From positions 268,088,001 through 268,152,000 of the forward strand of contig OZ024742.1 of NCBI GenBank assembly GCA_964016885.1: 64,000 nucleotides of DNA, given 5' to 3'. A program made the translations under genes and the position numbers. The notes beneath the pieces were generated by a model, which saw only the letters and a program-made list of their open reading frames with translations, ran no database searches and was not told the DNA's origin. Source of the DNA: Eledone cirrhosa (taxonomy: Eukaryota). Shown one piece after another: positions 1 through 12,834 of this stretch (positions are counted from its first letter, which is position 1; every line of letters starts with the position of its first letter).

Positions 1-1420
1 CTACCCAAGCAAACACCCCAAACATCTATTACGTACTAGACACAGAGCTCTGGTTAGAAAACATTAATAACAAAAAACAAATCCTCCATTCCCATTATGC
101 CAAACCCATGACTTCCAAATACCTGATCTACCGAAACTCGGCTGTTTCGGATCACACCAAAATCAACATACTGATTGCGGATTTAGTAAGGGTGATGAGG
201 AACGTGTCCCGCATGTGCAACCCCAAAGAATTAGAGAGACACATACAACATTTCATCCACCGTATGCAGTTCTATGGCTACAATCAGTGAGTTAAAATCA
301 GAGTATATAGAGGAGCCAGAACCAAATGGGAAAAAAATCGTAAATAATGATACAAATGGGAACTTCCCCTTGTAGAGTAGCAAATCTTTGAATAGAATAG
401 AAATAACTAGGAATAAGGTTAATAAAATAAACTCATGGTATGATTGCAATAAATACCAGAGTGTAATGTTCATCAATACAACCCCTAGAGGTGAACTAAC
501 TAACACATTTAGAAAGGCCCTAGATAAACTTAAACTAAATATTAAGATAGTGGAAAGATCAGGTACCTGCATAGAAACACTAATTAGTAATACATACCAT
601 TTTCAAAGACCTCCCTGTATAGATAGGAAATGCATAATCTGTAAGCTAAGCCCTCATATTAACTATAAAACTAGAAACATAGTATATAGCATAAGATGTA
701 CTGATGGACAATGAACAAATCAGAATATAATGTACATAGGTGAGACAGCTGGTAGCATAAACGATTAAATCAACACTGACGAGAACTCCAAGATAGAAAA
801 GACTCATCAATACTCCACCAACATGCTAAAATAGAACATAAGGGCAAATTAGAGAACATATAGATAAAAAGAGAATCTACACACAGAAAAGACGCAATGC
901 TTAGAAAAATCACAGAGGTAATAAACTTAAATGAACGCCAACCAACATTAAATAGAAAACATGAATGGAATAGCAACATCACAACTTATAATTAATGACA
1001 AAATGAAAACACACACACACATAGAACAAAAAACTAACTAGTAACATGTAAATAAACAAATAATTAAACAAATAAAAACACACACAGACACCCAAATGTA
1101 ACACATGCGCAAACTAAGCACACATCACACACAAAAACAAAATGGCGTAGGACAGAACAAAGGAGAGGCACAAAACAAAGAAAATAATCCCCAGTCACTG
1201 AAGAGCTCACATAATGTGGGACGAAAGAACTTTGACAATATATGAACATCCGATTGTGGAACCAACCAACGAACCAACCGGAAATTTATAAAATTTATAA
1301 AATCTATAATAAATTGGAGTGAAACATCTAGTGCGTGTGTTTCTTATTGGCAACATGACCTTCCCAAAGTATAACAATATCGGTTTCAACGCACGTTTTC
1401 AGAAAAAGAAACTTGCTAAA
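1..1420 (+). mobile_element. Penelope-like retroelement, 3' part (RT thumb, linker, GIY-YIG endonuclease, pseudo-LTR), degraded; family E
   Basis: ORFs 108-290 and 388-714 give ...CIDRKCIICK...RNIVYSIRC, followed by YIGETAG at about 732-753 (GIY-YIG). The 3' UTR holds a hammerhead and ends in (TA)n. A related copy lies at 53530-54390. Confidence 0.85.
1194..1236 (+). ncRNA. Type I minimal hammerhead ribozyme (family E)
   Basis: GTCA-CTGAAGA-stem II (GCTCACAT/ATGTGGGAC)-GAAA-GAAC-TT-TGAC; stem I GTCA/TGAC. Confidence 0.7.
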
Positions 1421-1425
1421 CAAAT

Positions 1426-1467
<42 letters not shown>

Positions 1468-1829
1468 TTTATTTATTATCACAACTATCTGGGGCTGTCA
1501 TGAATATAATGGCGGGTACCAAAGCCCAATACTCTATTCGCAGAAACTTTATAATTCACTAGAAATTGCAAGAATTATTGGTTGATGGGCAAAGCAGCTG
1601 CAGTTATTCTCGTAGATGAATTCAATAACCTCAGATTGACGGGCATATTATAAATGTAATTACTCTTTCTCTTGAAAGAGTGCCTATACAATATCATGTA
1701 CACAAGACACAAGATGCCACGTATACATATATTCATACACACATACATGCATACACACACATATGCATAAATACTTACATGCATACATGCTTACATACAT
1801 ACATTCATGCATACGTACATATATTATAC

Positions 1830-1920
1830 TTCTGGTGGAGCTGTCGGATTGTTGCATGCACTTGAAATAGACATGATATTTAGGGATCACAATAATGTAG
1901 AATGAAAACATTAGATTTCA
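1830..1920 (+). pseudogene. Possible decayed ACT/regulatory-domain remnant of an aromatic amino-acid hydroxylase
   Basis: Translates AVGLLHALEIDMIFRDHNNVE*KH, loosely like TPH EVGGLxKALKIFQExHVNxxHIES. Weak on its own; supported only by collinearity with 7212-7460 and 29824-30330. Confidence 0.25.
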
Positions 1921-2093
1921 GTATTATGGAGATGCGGCATTATATATTGTGTAACTCAATATCATTTTGTTTTCCGTCCGTTACTTAATAGTAACTAATT
2001 CTATTATATATAAGCACATACACATAAACACACACACACAGAAAGACACACACACTCACACCCACACACACGCAAACACACTTACACAGACCA

Positions 2094-2094
<1 letters not shown>

Positions 2095-2172
<78 letters not shown>

Positions 2173-2296
2173 CATATATTTACACACACACACATATGCA
2201 TGCGCGACTGTGGATCTTCAATAAAAGCAACTTGCTCGAGCTTGTATCTGCGAAGAAATCTTTCTAGGTTCAAATTCCATGGTGATTTGTGCGTGA

Positions 2297-2366
<70 letters not shown>
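2095..2366. repeat. (TA)n, (CA)n and (GA)n microsatellites
   Basis: Seen directly. Confidence 0.95.
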
Positions 2367-2368
<2 letters not shown>

Positions 2369-2479
2369 CCCAACACCACGCGAAATTTGGTGTTGCCAAA
2401 ACATATCCACCATGTGGTTAGGGGTGTGGTGAAAACTATCTCTGGCGATCTACCTCTATATATGTGTGTATAAGTATAA

Positions 2480-3760
2480 AAAAAGACCTACAAAAAAGGA
2501 CGATGAGCTCCTCAGAGTCAATGGCTATCCACCTCAATTATGGGTTAAATAATCTCACCAACCCACAATAAGCCAAGTGTGGTGAGTACGGTTACACACC
2601 TGAAAATTTGACCCACACCAAGCAAACATGTCGCTAGCAGCACCCAAATCACCACCCTGTACAATGGGACGTGGGATGAAGGAGCAGAAGGTGCTAAGAA
2701 TGACTGGGTTTAAATAAGCTCTCACTGGAATATAAACAGCGGTCACAATCTATACTACTAAAATTATGTCAATCAATAGAGGAGTTGGTTTTGTCATCCA
2801 CAGATACATTGCTCGAAACGTTAGCAGTTTCAAGAGTCTATCTTATAGAGTTGCGTATCTCACTATCAAGATCAACAGCAAGTACCACATCAACCACATT
2901 CAGGTATATTTGCCAACAACTAGCCACCCAGACGAGGAGGTAGAAAAAGTCTGCGAAGACATTGACAGCCTCATGAACAGCAAGAATTATCATCAATTTC
3001 TGTGAGCACCGGAAACTAATAATTATCAACACATTTTTCAAGAAGACCAATAGACGTTGGACATAGTTATCATCCAACGGAAGCACAAATAATGAAATTG
3101 ATTACTTCCTGATAGACAAGCTTCAGATCTTTACTGATGTCTCCGTCACCAAAAACTTTAATATGGGTACCGACCATTTCCTTAGTACTGCGCGCTTCCT
3201 TAGCCAGCAACATGAAGCTGGAGCGGCATAGACACGCCAGACATTTAAAGAAACCGAACCTCTTCGTGCTATCTGACAATGCCACAGAATTACAATTACT
3301 TCTGAACAATAATTTCAAGGTACTGGAGCAACGTTTTTCAGAAGATATCAGCTCCTTTGCAAATATCATTATCACCAGCATAGGAAAGACAGTTAATCGC
3401 TGGAAGTGGAAAGTCACCTAAATATGACTGGTTTTCAAAAAAAATCAATCACCTATGAGAAAAGAGACGACATATGCAGAGAGGCAGGACATACAACGAA
3501 AATGTTGAGTACTCTGAAATCTGCATATGAAGGAAGACATCAGACGATATGAGGGAGAGTGGCACCTCAAAGCCTTGAAAGAGAATCAACGATTGAATCC
3601 AATCAAACGGAAGCTGGGTTTAAGCAAAGATACCATCATCACTTTGTTAGAAGTGAAGGGCAGACTCAGCACTGGCATAAACAGGCTTATGAAACAGTGC
3701 GAAGACAACTACAGCAAACTATACAGACGACATCTACAGCATCTACGATTCTCCACTAAC
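2480..3760 (+). mobile_element. RTE-clade LINE, 5' part (putative 5' UTR, APE endonuclease, linker), degraded
   Basis: ORF 2766-3005 RGVGFVIH...SYRVAYLTIKINSKY...QVYLPTTSHPDEEVEK; further APE motifs (WT..SSNG..NNEIDY) at about 3058-3110 in shifted frames. Confidence 0.85.
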
Positions 3761-5200
3761 TAGGTTTTGCTCTTTCTGTCACATAAAGTGATCCGGTGCA
3801 GTATTGTCTCTATTTTACGTTGGGCCACTGCATGAATCCCTGCAGCAGGGTTGTTGAGTGCCCATGTCTCTCCTTCATAAATTATCACCGGCAGAACATA
3901 TTCATTACAAATCTATCTGTTGATTTTGATTCTTGAATTGGGACGCCTAATGACGCTATAAACCTTTCAAAAAGCCGCCCAAGCCAAGCGCAATCCTGCT
4001 TTTGACATCCAGAAGTAGGGCACCATCACTTGAAATCTTCTTTAAGGGTACACAATTTTTTACTTCGATGGTCTTTCTATCTACAATAACTGGTGCTGTT
4101 TTAGTGTCACTATTAAAATGACTTTTTGTTTTCCCAAGATGCATTGTAAGGCATATTGTCGGCTCATAGCATTAAACATCTCCAGTTCTTGTGGTGTATG
4201 GGTTATTAGGATTATGTCATCTGTGAAGTGTAGGTGACATAAGAATTCACCATCTATCTTGATACTCTTGTCATCCCAGCTAATTTCCTTGATGATCGCG
4301 TCTTGTAAACAACATACAAACAGTCTCGTGGAAATGTCTCCCTGTGTTGCTCCTATTTCTAACTTGATTTTTATCGCTGTCTTGATGTAATATGTTAGAG
4401 GATGTAGTGTCATTGCAGAGACACATTAGTTGTGTGATGAAAGCAGGGTCTACTCATTGATTCTCCAGTGCTGTAAAGCGTGGGGTGAACTCAATAGAGT
4501 CAAATTTCTTTTTATAGATGACGACGGCAAAGCAAAGAGGGAAGTTGTATTCGTTTGCCTCTTGTTGTAGTTGACTAACTACCTGAATGTGATCTATTGT
4601 TGAGAATCTTGGCCTGGATCCCGCCAGCTCTCTTCGTTTGTGCAGTTTCAATGTACCGAACATCCTCCTGAGACAGATGTAAATGGTGGTTAGGAGGCTG
4701 ATTAGGCGGTAGTTTTTGAGATCAGCTTCATCATCTTTCTTCTAGATTAGGATTATTACAGCGCTCTTCGAGCTATGAGGAACACAACCTTCTTCTAGAC
4801 ACCTGTTGAAGAGCTGACTGCTTTGAAAATGCACTCTGCACCATCTTGCTGATGTTGTCTTTGGCTGGTACCTTGTCTTTCTGTAATCATTTAACACTTA
4901 CTCTTGTATTTTTTGCTGTAGCATCATTTTCACTGTTTTATGAGGCTCTTTATGCCAGTGATGAGTGTGCTCTTCTCTTCTAACAAAGCGATGATATTAT
5001 CTTTGCTTAGACCATGCTTCCGTCTGATTGGATTCAATCTTTTATTCTCTTCCAGAGTTTGAGATGTGACTCTGCGTCATATCGTGTGTCTTGTGGCATT
5101 GCAGATTTTAGAGTACTCAGTATTTTGGTTGTCTGTCCAGCCTCACTGCACACGTCGTCTTTTTCTCTTAATTTCTTGGTCCCTTATGTGTTTATGGGCT
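3760..5200 (-). mobile_element. RTE-clade LINE, linker-RT fragment, inverted
   Basis: Minus ORFs FSTIDHIQVVSQL..EANEYNFPLCFA...FDSIE and GATQGDIS...HLHFTDDIIL; YEGETWALN near 3850-3880. Confidence 0.85.
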
Positions 5201-5830
5201 AAACCATCATCAGTATTTGTTGACCATCCAGCATGTAGACAATAAGGTGTACCTCAGAAAGATGGTTGCAAGAGATGATGCCTTAATTCCGGAGATCAAA
5301 GCAAGGATTGTGCTTGGCTAGGTAGCTTTTTGATAAATTATAGCATCATTAGAAGTCCCAAAGCAATAACCGAAACCAAAAGAAAGCAGTTTAACGAATA
5401 CCTTCTGCCGATTATGACATATGGAAGTGAGACACGAGCACTCAACACCAACCCTGCAAAAGTTCTTGCAGTGACCCATCGTAAAATGGAGCAAATCATG
5501 CTCGGCATCGTCTTATTTGACAGGAAAAGTAAAACCCGGATTTGACAGTACACAGGCGTGAAGGACATAATTGAGACCATCAAGAAGAGCAAATATAGAT
5601 GTGCTTACATCGTTTCAGAGCCAATAGGTGGATTATTGGAGTGACTGAGTAGACACCAAGGGAATGGAGAAAAACTAAAGGGTGGCCAAAGACCAGATGG
5701 CACGATAATCTGACCCGATACCTTGTCCCCACAAGGCCCAATATGCCCAGAGATAGGAAGCGGTGGAGGTTAACCAGGGAAAAGTTCCTTCAACAGTGTG
5801 GAGAAGGCACTGGATTTTAATTTTGGATTT
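5200..5830 (+). mobile_element. RTE-clade LINE, 3' end
   Basis: ORF 5330-5545 LLPIMTYGSETRALN...KMEQIMLGI; TPREWRKTKGWPKTRW at about 5650-5700; short GGATTTT-type tail. Confidence 0.85.
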
Positions 5831-5879
5831 TTGCATGTCGTGTGTGTATGTTAAGTGAGTTTCTCAATGTATTCATGTA

Positions 5880-6800
5880 TGCCGGTGCACAAGGAACACA
5901 TATTTTAGTGAGTGACAGTTTCAAAAAGCCGGTAAAATTTAGTAGAAATATATAAAAGCCAAAGGATGACAAATATAACAAAACAAGTTAATGTTTCAAC
6001 CAATGTATTTCAACATGATATTTCAGGACTCGGAACCACTTTTCAAATATGAAACGGAAACAATTAAAAAAATAAACTATTGATGTGTTCTTCCGTAACT
6101 GCGTGGTACCATTGTAATAGCCAATCTGCTTTGTACATTTCCTATATGTAATTTATCTGTGGCTTTTCCTTATTGAGGATGTCTCTGATTCTCATATATC
6201 CCTCATTCCTTTCCATCGATTCTATCGTGAACTCAATGTGTCTGCTCTGGTAGCTGTCAATATGTTTTTTGACAGAAGCCTTCTTTGACACGTGCCCTTT
6301 GATCCGTATGTGCAGCATCCGAGCTGTACCTCTGATGTAATAGTAGCTACATGATTTACATATGACAGTGTTGACCACAGACGCTCTCATGCACACATCT
6401 GCGTTGTTGATGGTAAAATAAGTATGAGTGCATATATCTCTGTATGCAGGCTAATGTCTGTAGCCTTTTCAATAAAGTTCTCAAGGGCACCAGCTGTATA
6501 TATGGAGGCCATCCCTATGGATGGTATGTCTGATAGTAAAGTGCGTCTTCTCATTGAAATGAGATATCTTTAAGTGGCATAGTTTACATCTAGTGCACGT
6601 GTCGTCATTGTCTGTTCAAGGGTTTCTGCTTTGGAATTTCTGTGGTTATTGAGAGAGATAGCGTAGCCGTTCTCGGTATTAAGTGTCTCGACTGGTATGA
6701 TTGTGGCTAACCTCACCCCATCTGTTCCACATCCCAAAGATATGAATCTGTATATAGGCCATTTTCGTGGTGTAGCGAAGCACAGAATCATGGTGCGCAA
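5880..6800 (-). mobile_element. Penelope-like element fragment (C-terminal part with GIY-YIG), degraded
   Basis: ORF 6142-6396 VVNTVICKSCSYYYIRGTARMLHIRIKGH resembles the VVYxIxCxxC..YIGxTxRxLxxRxxEH signature; NGY motif upstream; degenerate hammerhead-like motif at about 5985-6030. Confidence 0.65.
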
Positions 6801-7211
6801 AAATGTCTGTACAGTAATCTTTCTTGTATAATTTGTATATTGATCACTTTTCTGTCACTCTTAGTGAAAAGTCGTGTTAAAACATATTAGCCATTTATTA
6901 CATGTTTCACAATGCTTCGTAATGGTTTTACAAAATATTTTGTTTTTAATATATTTTCATTGCGCTAAGATAACATAAGCTTTGCTTTTCAATGACTGTA
7001 GCTTGCTAGGGGCCATTAGGCAGACTGCCCCTTAAACAGTGAAATGCGAAAGAATTGTCATTTACTTTCGGCTAATAAAATTCAGTAGTCGTAGACATGT
7101 TATAATTTAGTCTTTTAGTAAGCATGCTTACAGTTGCGCATATATCGATATCTTTGTAAGAAAATGTATATTTCTGGTTTGATGGTTCGAGAATTATTAT
7201 ATCGTTCTCAG

Positions 7212-7460
7212 CATCTCGGTGCATGAAGGAAAATGAGGATGTTCCATGGTTTCCAAGAGGAGAGGAAAATTTCAAAATTATATTAAATTATATTTGAAAT
7301 CAGATTCAATCACTAGATTTATGAAGTTAGATTATATTTCTATGAATATCAAATGCAAATTCACTTACACATTTTTTTTTATTTAGGAATCCAAGGATAT
7401 TTTATATAACAACTGATTTCAAGTTTTGATGAATTTTTAATGTAGCAAATGAATAAAATA
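7212..7460 (+). pseudogene. Decayed exons of an aromatic amino-acid hydroxylase (TPH-like)
   Basis: After ttctcag: ...MKENEDVPWFPR (EDVPWFPR at 7235-7258), a 7-nt insertion, then KISKLY (7266-7283; cf. KISELD). A poly-T/AG acceptor ends at 7386, followed by ESKDILY (cf. GFKDxxY) and NVANE* (cf. DVAxxYK). Confidence 0.7.
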
Positions 7461-7661
7461 TTTTTTCTCAAAAATGACTGAACAAGCACTTGTTTTTTTA
7501 AAATTTAGTATATCGTTCCCATATCTTCTCACAGTATATCTTTGTATTTTGTCTTTTATCATTCATTCCATCTTCTTTGGTAAACGGCTATTGTTAGAAA
7601 CTTAAAACCCGTTTTCCCATTATATGAAGCGTTAAAGTTATATATTTCCTAATTGTAATTG

Positions 7662-7756
<95 letters not shown>

Positions 7757-7760
<4 letters not shown>

Positions 7761-7979
7761 GAGGCGTGTGGCTGAGTGGTTAGAGAACTGGATTCACAAT
7801 CGTGAGGTTGTGAGTTCGATTCCCGAACTGGGCGATGCGTTATGTCCTTGAGCAAGACACTTTATTTCATGTTGCTCCTTCTACCTGGAGTTACGACCGA
7901 TAGATAGTATTAGAAATTAGAAAGACAAATGGAAATATTGTTTCCTCGGTCCGATTTGACGAAAGTCGATAGACTGTCG

Positions 7980-7980
<1 letters not shown>
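7757..7980 (+). mobile_element. tRNA-derived SINE
   Basis: A box TGGCTGAGTGG 7769-7779, B box GAGTTCGATTCC 7812-7823, then TGTCCTTGAGCAAGACACTT body; 3' part repeated at 45875-45985; flanked by (TA)n. Confidence 0.85.
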
Positions 7981-8018
<38 letters not shown>

Positions 8019-8509
8019 GTTATGTAATAAACAACATAAGATAATTATTTCATTTACCAGTGGTTTCTTGAAGGCAGATGTTATGTCTGTCATCAGTCGT
8101 CTGAATTTAAACAGCTCCAACCGGGAATGATCGGAGCATATTCTATATTACATATATGATTGTCACCTTCCAGCCCGATAAGTTGAGCACTCTACAGTTT
8201 CAGGAAATTAAACAACATACACTATGGACGTTTATGAATTGGATTATTCTATCAAGAATATACCGACTCCTTCCAACACCACTTATAGTATGTATATATA
8301 TGTATATATATATATATATATATACGGAATTACTTCATTTATATATGTGCCATTCAGTCGAACAGCTGAAAATATATAATATTCTCTTAAGTACACATCT
8401 GCAGAGTAGCCTCATATGCATACCAATAGAGTTAAGACAGGCCTTACCGAATATTAAAAATGAAATTAAAATTGAATTTCTCGCCCCAGCACAGTTGATA
8501 CATAATTGT

Positions 8510-8592
8510 AAGTATGCACACGCACACACACCACACACACATACACACACACACCAACACACACTGACACACACACACACCAACACACACTG

Positions 8593-8628
<36 letters not shown>

Positions 8629-8632
8629 GTAT

Positions 8633-8682
<50 letters not shown>

Positions 8683-8701
8683 ATATATATATATATGTGT
8701 G

Positions 8702-8734
<33 letters not shown>

Positions 8735-8846
8735 GTGTATGTATGTATGTGTATATATGTGTGTGTGTATGTGTGTGTATATGTGTATATATAATATGTA
8801 TATATGTGTGTGTAAATATATGTATGTATGTGTGTATATATGTATA

Positions 8847-8893
<47 letters not shown>

Positions 8894-8993
8894 GCATACT
8901 TGTATATATGTGTGTATATATATGTTTATATATATGTATGTGTATATGTATGTTCGTATGTGTGTTTGTATGTGTATATATATATATATATAT

Positions 8994-9073
<80 letters not shown>

Positions 9074-9220
9074 ATGTATGTATATGTGAGTATATTTTTA
9101 TATATGTGTATATATTTGTGTGTATATATATATATATATACACATATATATATGTGTATGTGCGTGTATGTATGTGTGTACATATATATATATATATATG
9201 TATATGTGTGGGTGTGTGTA

Positions 9221-9271
<51 letters not shown>

Positions 9272-9272
9272 A

Positions 9273-9325
<53 letters not shown>

Positions 9326-9382
9326 GTATGTATGGTGCTTTTTCCTTATATATGTGTATGTATGTGTATGTGTGTGTGTATA

Positions 9383-9457
<75 letters not shown>

Positions 9458-9498
9458 ATGTATGTGTGTGTGTGTGTTTGTATGTGTATATATTTGTT

Positions 9499-9539
<41 letters not shown>

Positions 9540-9810
9540 ATGTATGTATTTATGTATGTGGTTATATATATGAATGTATATATATATATGTATATGTGTA
9601 TATATATGTGTGTGTGTGTTTGTGTGTATGTGTGTGTATATGTATATATATGTGATATCCCCGAAATATATATAATGAAATAAATATGGTTTTATAAATA
9701 TAGTTTTCCATTTATTTAATATTGTAAATTTACTCCAAATATTTGTCGAGTGCTTTTATATCAGTTATAAATATTTACTAGTTGTAACCCAACAATTTTA
9801 AATATAACTT

Positions 9811-9873
<63 letters not shown>

Positions 9874-9925
9874 GTATATGTATACGTATGTGTGTGTATA
9901 TATATATGTGTATGTATGTATGTGT

Positions 9926-9975
<50 letters not shown>

Positions 9976-10160
9976 ATATGTGTCTGTGTATGTGTATGTA
10001 TATATGTCTATATGTATTTGTGTGTATATGTATACACATGTATATTTGTGTTTGTATGTATGCGTGTGAGTGTATTTATTTGTGTATATATGTGTGTGTG
10101 TATGTATGTGTATGTGTGTGTGTGTGTGTATGTATATATATATATATATATGTGTATATA

Positions 10161-10241
<81 letters not shown>

Positions 10242-10329
10242 GTATGTGTGTATGTATGTGTGTGTACATGAATATATTTTTATATATATGTGTGTGTGTT
10301 TTTATGTGTGTATATGTGTTTGTGTGTGT

Positions 10330-10330
<1 letters not shown>
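8510..10330. repeat. Compound (TA)n/(TG)n/(TATG)n microsatellite array, about 1.8 kb
   Basis: Seen directly; source of all the YI/CV/HT ORFs here. Confidence 0.95.
9655..9812 (+). mobile_element. Short PLE pseudo-LTR tail (family D) embedded in microsatellite
   Basis: Close match to 50701-50858; begins in the 3' half of the hammerhead (TATCCCC-GAAA-TATATA). Confidence 0.75.
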
Positions 10331-11019
<689 letters not shown>

Positions 11020-11029
11020 ATAAGTAAGT

Positions 11030-11447
11030 CAAATATGTAAAATTTGGCTTCGTTTATTATAAATTATATATATATACTGCTATATATATTTCGGTGACAG
11101 CCATCATTGGCTGTGACCTCATCAGGCAGTCCGAATTAGCGTGGGAAAGACATGTTGTTGAAGTGTGTTTTACTCCGTCAATACATCGATTTGTCCAGCT
11201 CCTGGTCGTGTTGTTATTTCTCTGAGGAACTGGAAACATGAATTAGAACAAACAAATTTCGGCGTCATAGGACACGCTCACATCCCATTGCTCAGTTGTG
11301 AGAACATTCCTCAGTCAAAAGTCTATAGAAATTTTCTTGAGGCAAGACAATCTGTTGTTGTTTTTGTTTATGTACAGCTGGCCTCCTCCATTGTGTTGGT
11401 AGTGGTATTAAGGTGTCAGCTGGCAGGTCAGGTTTAGTGTGCTGCTG

Positions 11448-11450
<3 letters not shown>
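11030..11450 (-). mobile_element. Short Penelope-like 3' fragment with hammerhead (family F)
   Basis: Contains the intact hammerhead at 11076-11130; minus-strand RKFL*T resembles the end of a GIY-YIG domain; bounded by microsatellites. Confidence 0.55.
11076..11130 (-). ncRNA. Canonical type I hammerhead ribozyme (family F)
   Basis: Minus strand: ACTGC-CTGATGA-GGTCACAGCCA ATGA TGGCTGTCACC-GAAA-TATATA-TA-GCAGT; intact core, stem I ACTGC/GCAGT, palindromic helix III. Confidence 0.9.
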
Positions 11451-11487
<37 letters not shown>

Positions 11488-11554
11488 GTACGTAAGGGTT
11501 ATTTCGAAAATTAATAATATTGTTCGATTCGATTGTAAAGTGTTTTTCCCCCTA

Positions 11555-11845
11555 ACACTAGGGCGAGAAACTTCTGGCCAGGGATTTCTGGAAGTTGTCC
11601 AAGGGCCCCGTCCACAAAGTTCTCTCGAAGACATTGGCTAGTTGATTTTCGTCGAAACCCAGAGCCTCCCCAAGGACGTCGTTGCGCTTTCCATCTATTA
11701 AACCTCTATAGAACGCCAAGGTTGAGTTTCTACCGATCGCATTGCCCCATTGGTCAAGGTCTGTGAGCGCCTGAAGACATTCCAGTTTCCAAGCGTTCCC
11801 TCTCCGTCTTCGCTTGACCCAGGTCTGCAGCTCTGTCACGAAGAC
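11555..11845 (-). mobile_element. Tx1/L1-clade LINE ORF2 C-terminal fragment
   Basis: ORF 11558-11869 TELQTWVK...AWKLECLQAL...LAFYRGL...DNFQKSLA matches the C-termini of the other three copies. Confidence 0.85.
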
Positions 11846-12825
11846 AAGCTGTACGACAGCATACGTCACTCATGGATTCTGAAATCACTGGACATCTTCA
11901 AAATTTCACCTGTGATTTCAAACTTCCTGAAACGTCGTTGTGGAACACAAATCTCCAATTATTTCATTTCAATGGAATACTAAGATCTAAGAATATTAAC
12001 ATCAACTGTGGCATTTTCCAAGGTGACTCACCTTCTCCCTTATTTTTTTGGCATCCGAACTTAATAGAACAGGGTACGGTTACAAAATTGAAAACAAGAA
12101 AATAAGCCATGTATTTTATATGGATGATTTAAAGTTATACTGCAAAGACAATGATGAGCTGGAAGGCCTTTTGCGGACAGTAAAAACATTTAATGATGAA
12201 ATCAGGATGGAGTTTGGACTTGATAATTGTGCAAAGGCTACATTCAAGATGGAGAAGCTAATCAACTCAAAGTCAGTTGAATTAGAGGGTGAAACAGTCA
12301 TGAAAGAACTTGAGCAGGAAAAAAGCTATAATACTTAGGGATTAATGAGGGCGGTTCTGAAATCAGAACTATATGCTCATAATAAGGTTTCAGCCATAAA
12401 TTTCTTGGCAGTTCCAGTTGCTTCGATGGGTTAAACTGGAATATGAGTGAAATTAAAAGAATCGACACCAAAATCCGTAAGTTATTGACTTGTAATAGGA
12501 TGCACCAGCCTAAAGTATCTGTGGATCGACTACCTCCCTAGAACTGAAGCAGGCCTTGGCCTGATCCAATTTGAACTTACCTACAAGGCCACGACTATTG
12601 GACTGGCCAAATGCCTCGAAACAACAAAGATTGTATGCTAAAACTTGTTTAAAAACACGAAAGAAGTAAGAAGCTTCATTTTATCTTGAAGGAGATCAAA
12701 GACTATGCAACTGGTCTCATGCTTGATCCCCAGGCTGGACAGACTGAGGGCTAAGGCTTCATGTTAGCTGCCCAAGATAAGAACTTACTGACACAGAATT
12801 ACCAGGCCAATGTGATGAGAAATTT
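11845..12825 (+). mobile_element. R4/Dong-like non-LTR retrotransposon RT fragment
   Basis: YDSIRHSWIL, GIFQGDSPSPL, SHVFYMDDLKLY, MEFGLDNCAK; AAQD near 12765; same clade as 61450-63200 but a different subfamily. Confidence 0.8.
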
Positions 12826-12834
12826 CCCACTCCT

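Noticed and set aside
2540-2590. Pistol ribozyme (TTAAATA and AAGTGT resemble its linkers)
   Set aside because: P1, the pseudoknot and the strand order do not fit.
7120-7275. Minus-strand exon DAENDIIILEP...ICAT ending at gtaagc
   Set aside because: Weak acceptor, no recognisable protein, and it overlaps the better supported plus-strand hydroxylase remnant.
7760-7832. tRNA gene
   Set aside because: A and B boxes are present but the acceptor stem does not pair and the sequence continues into a repeated SINE body.
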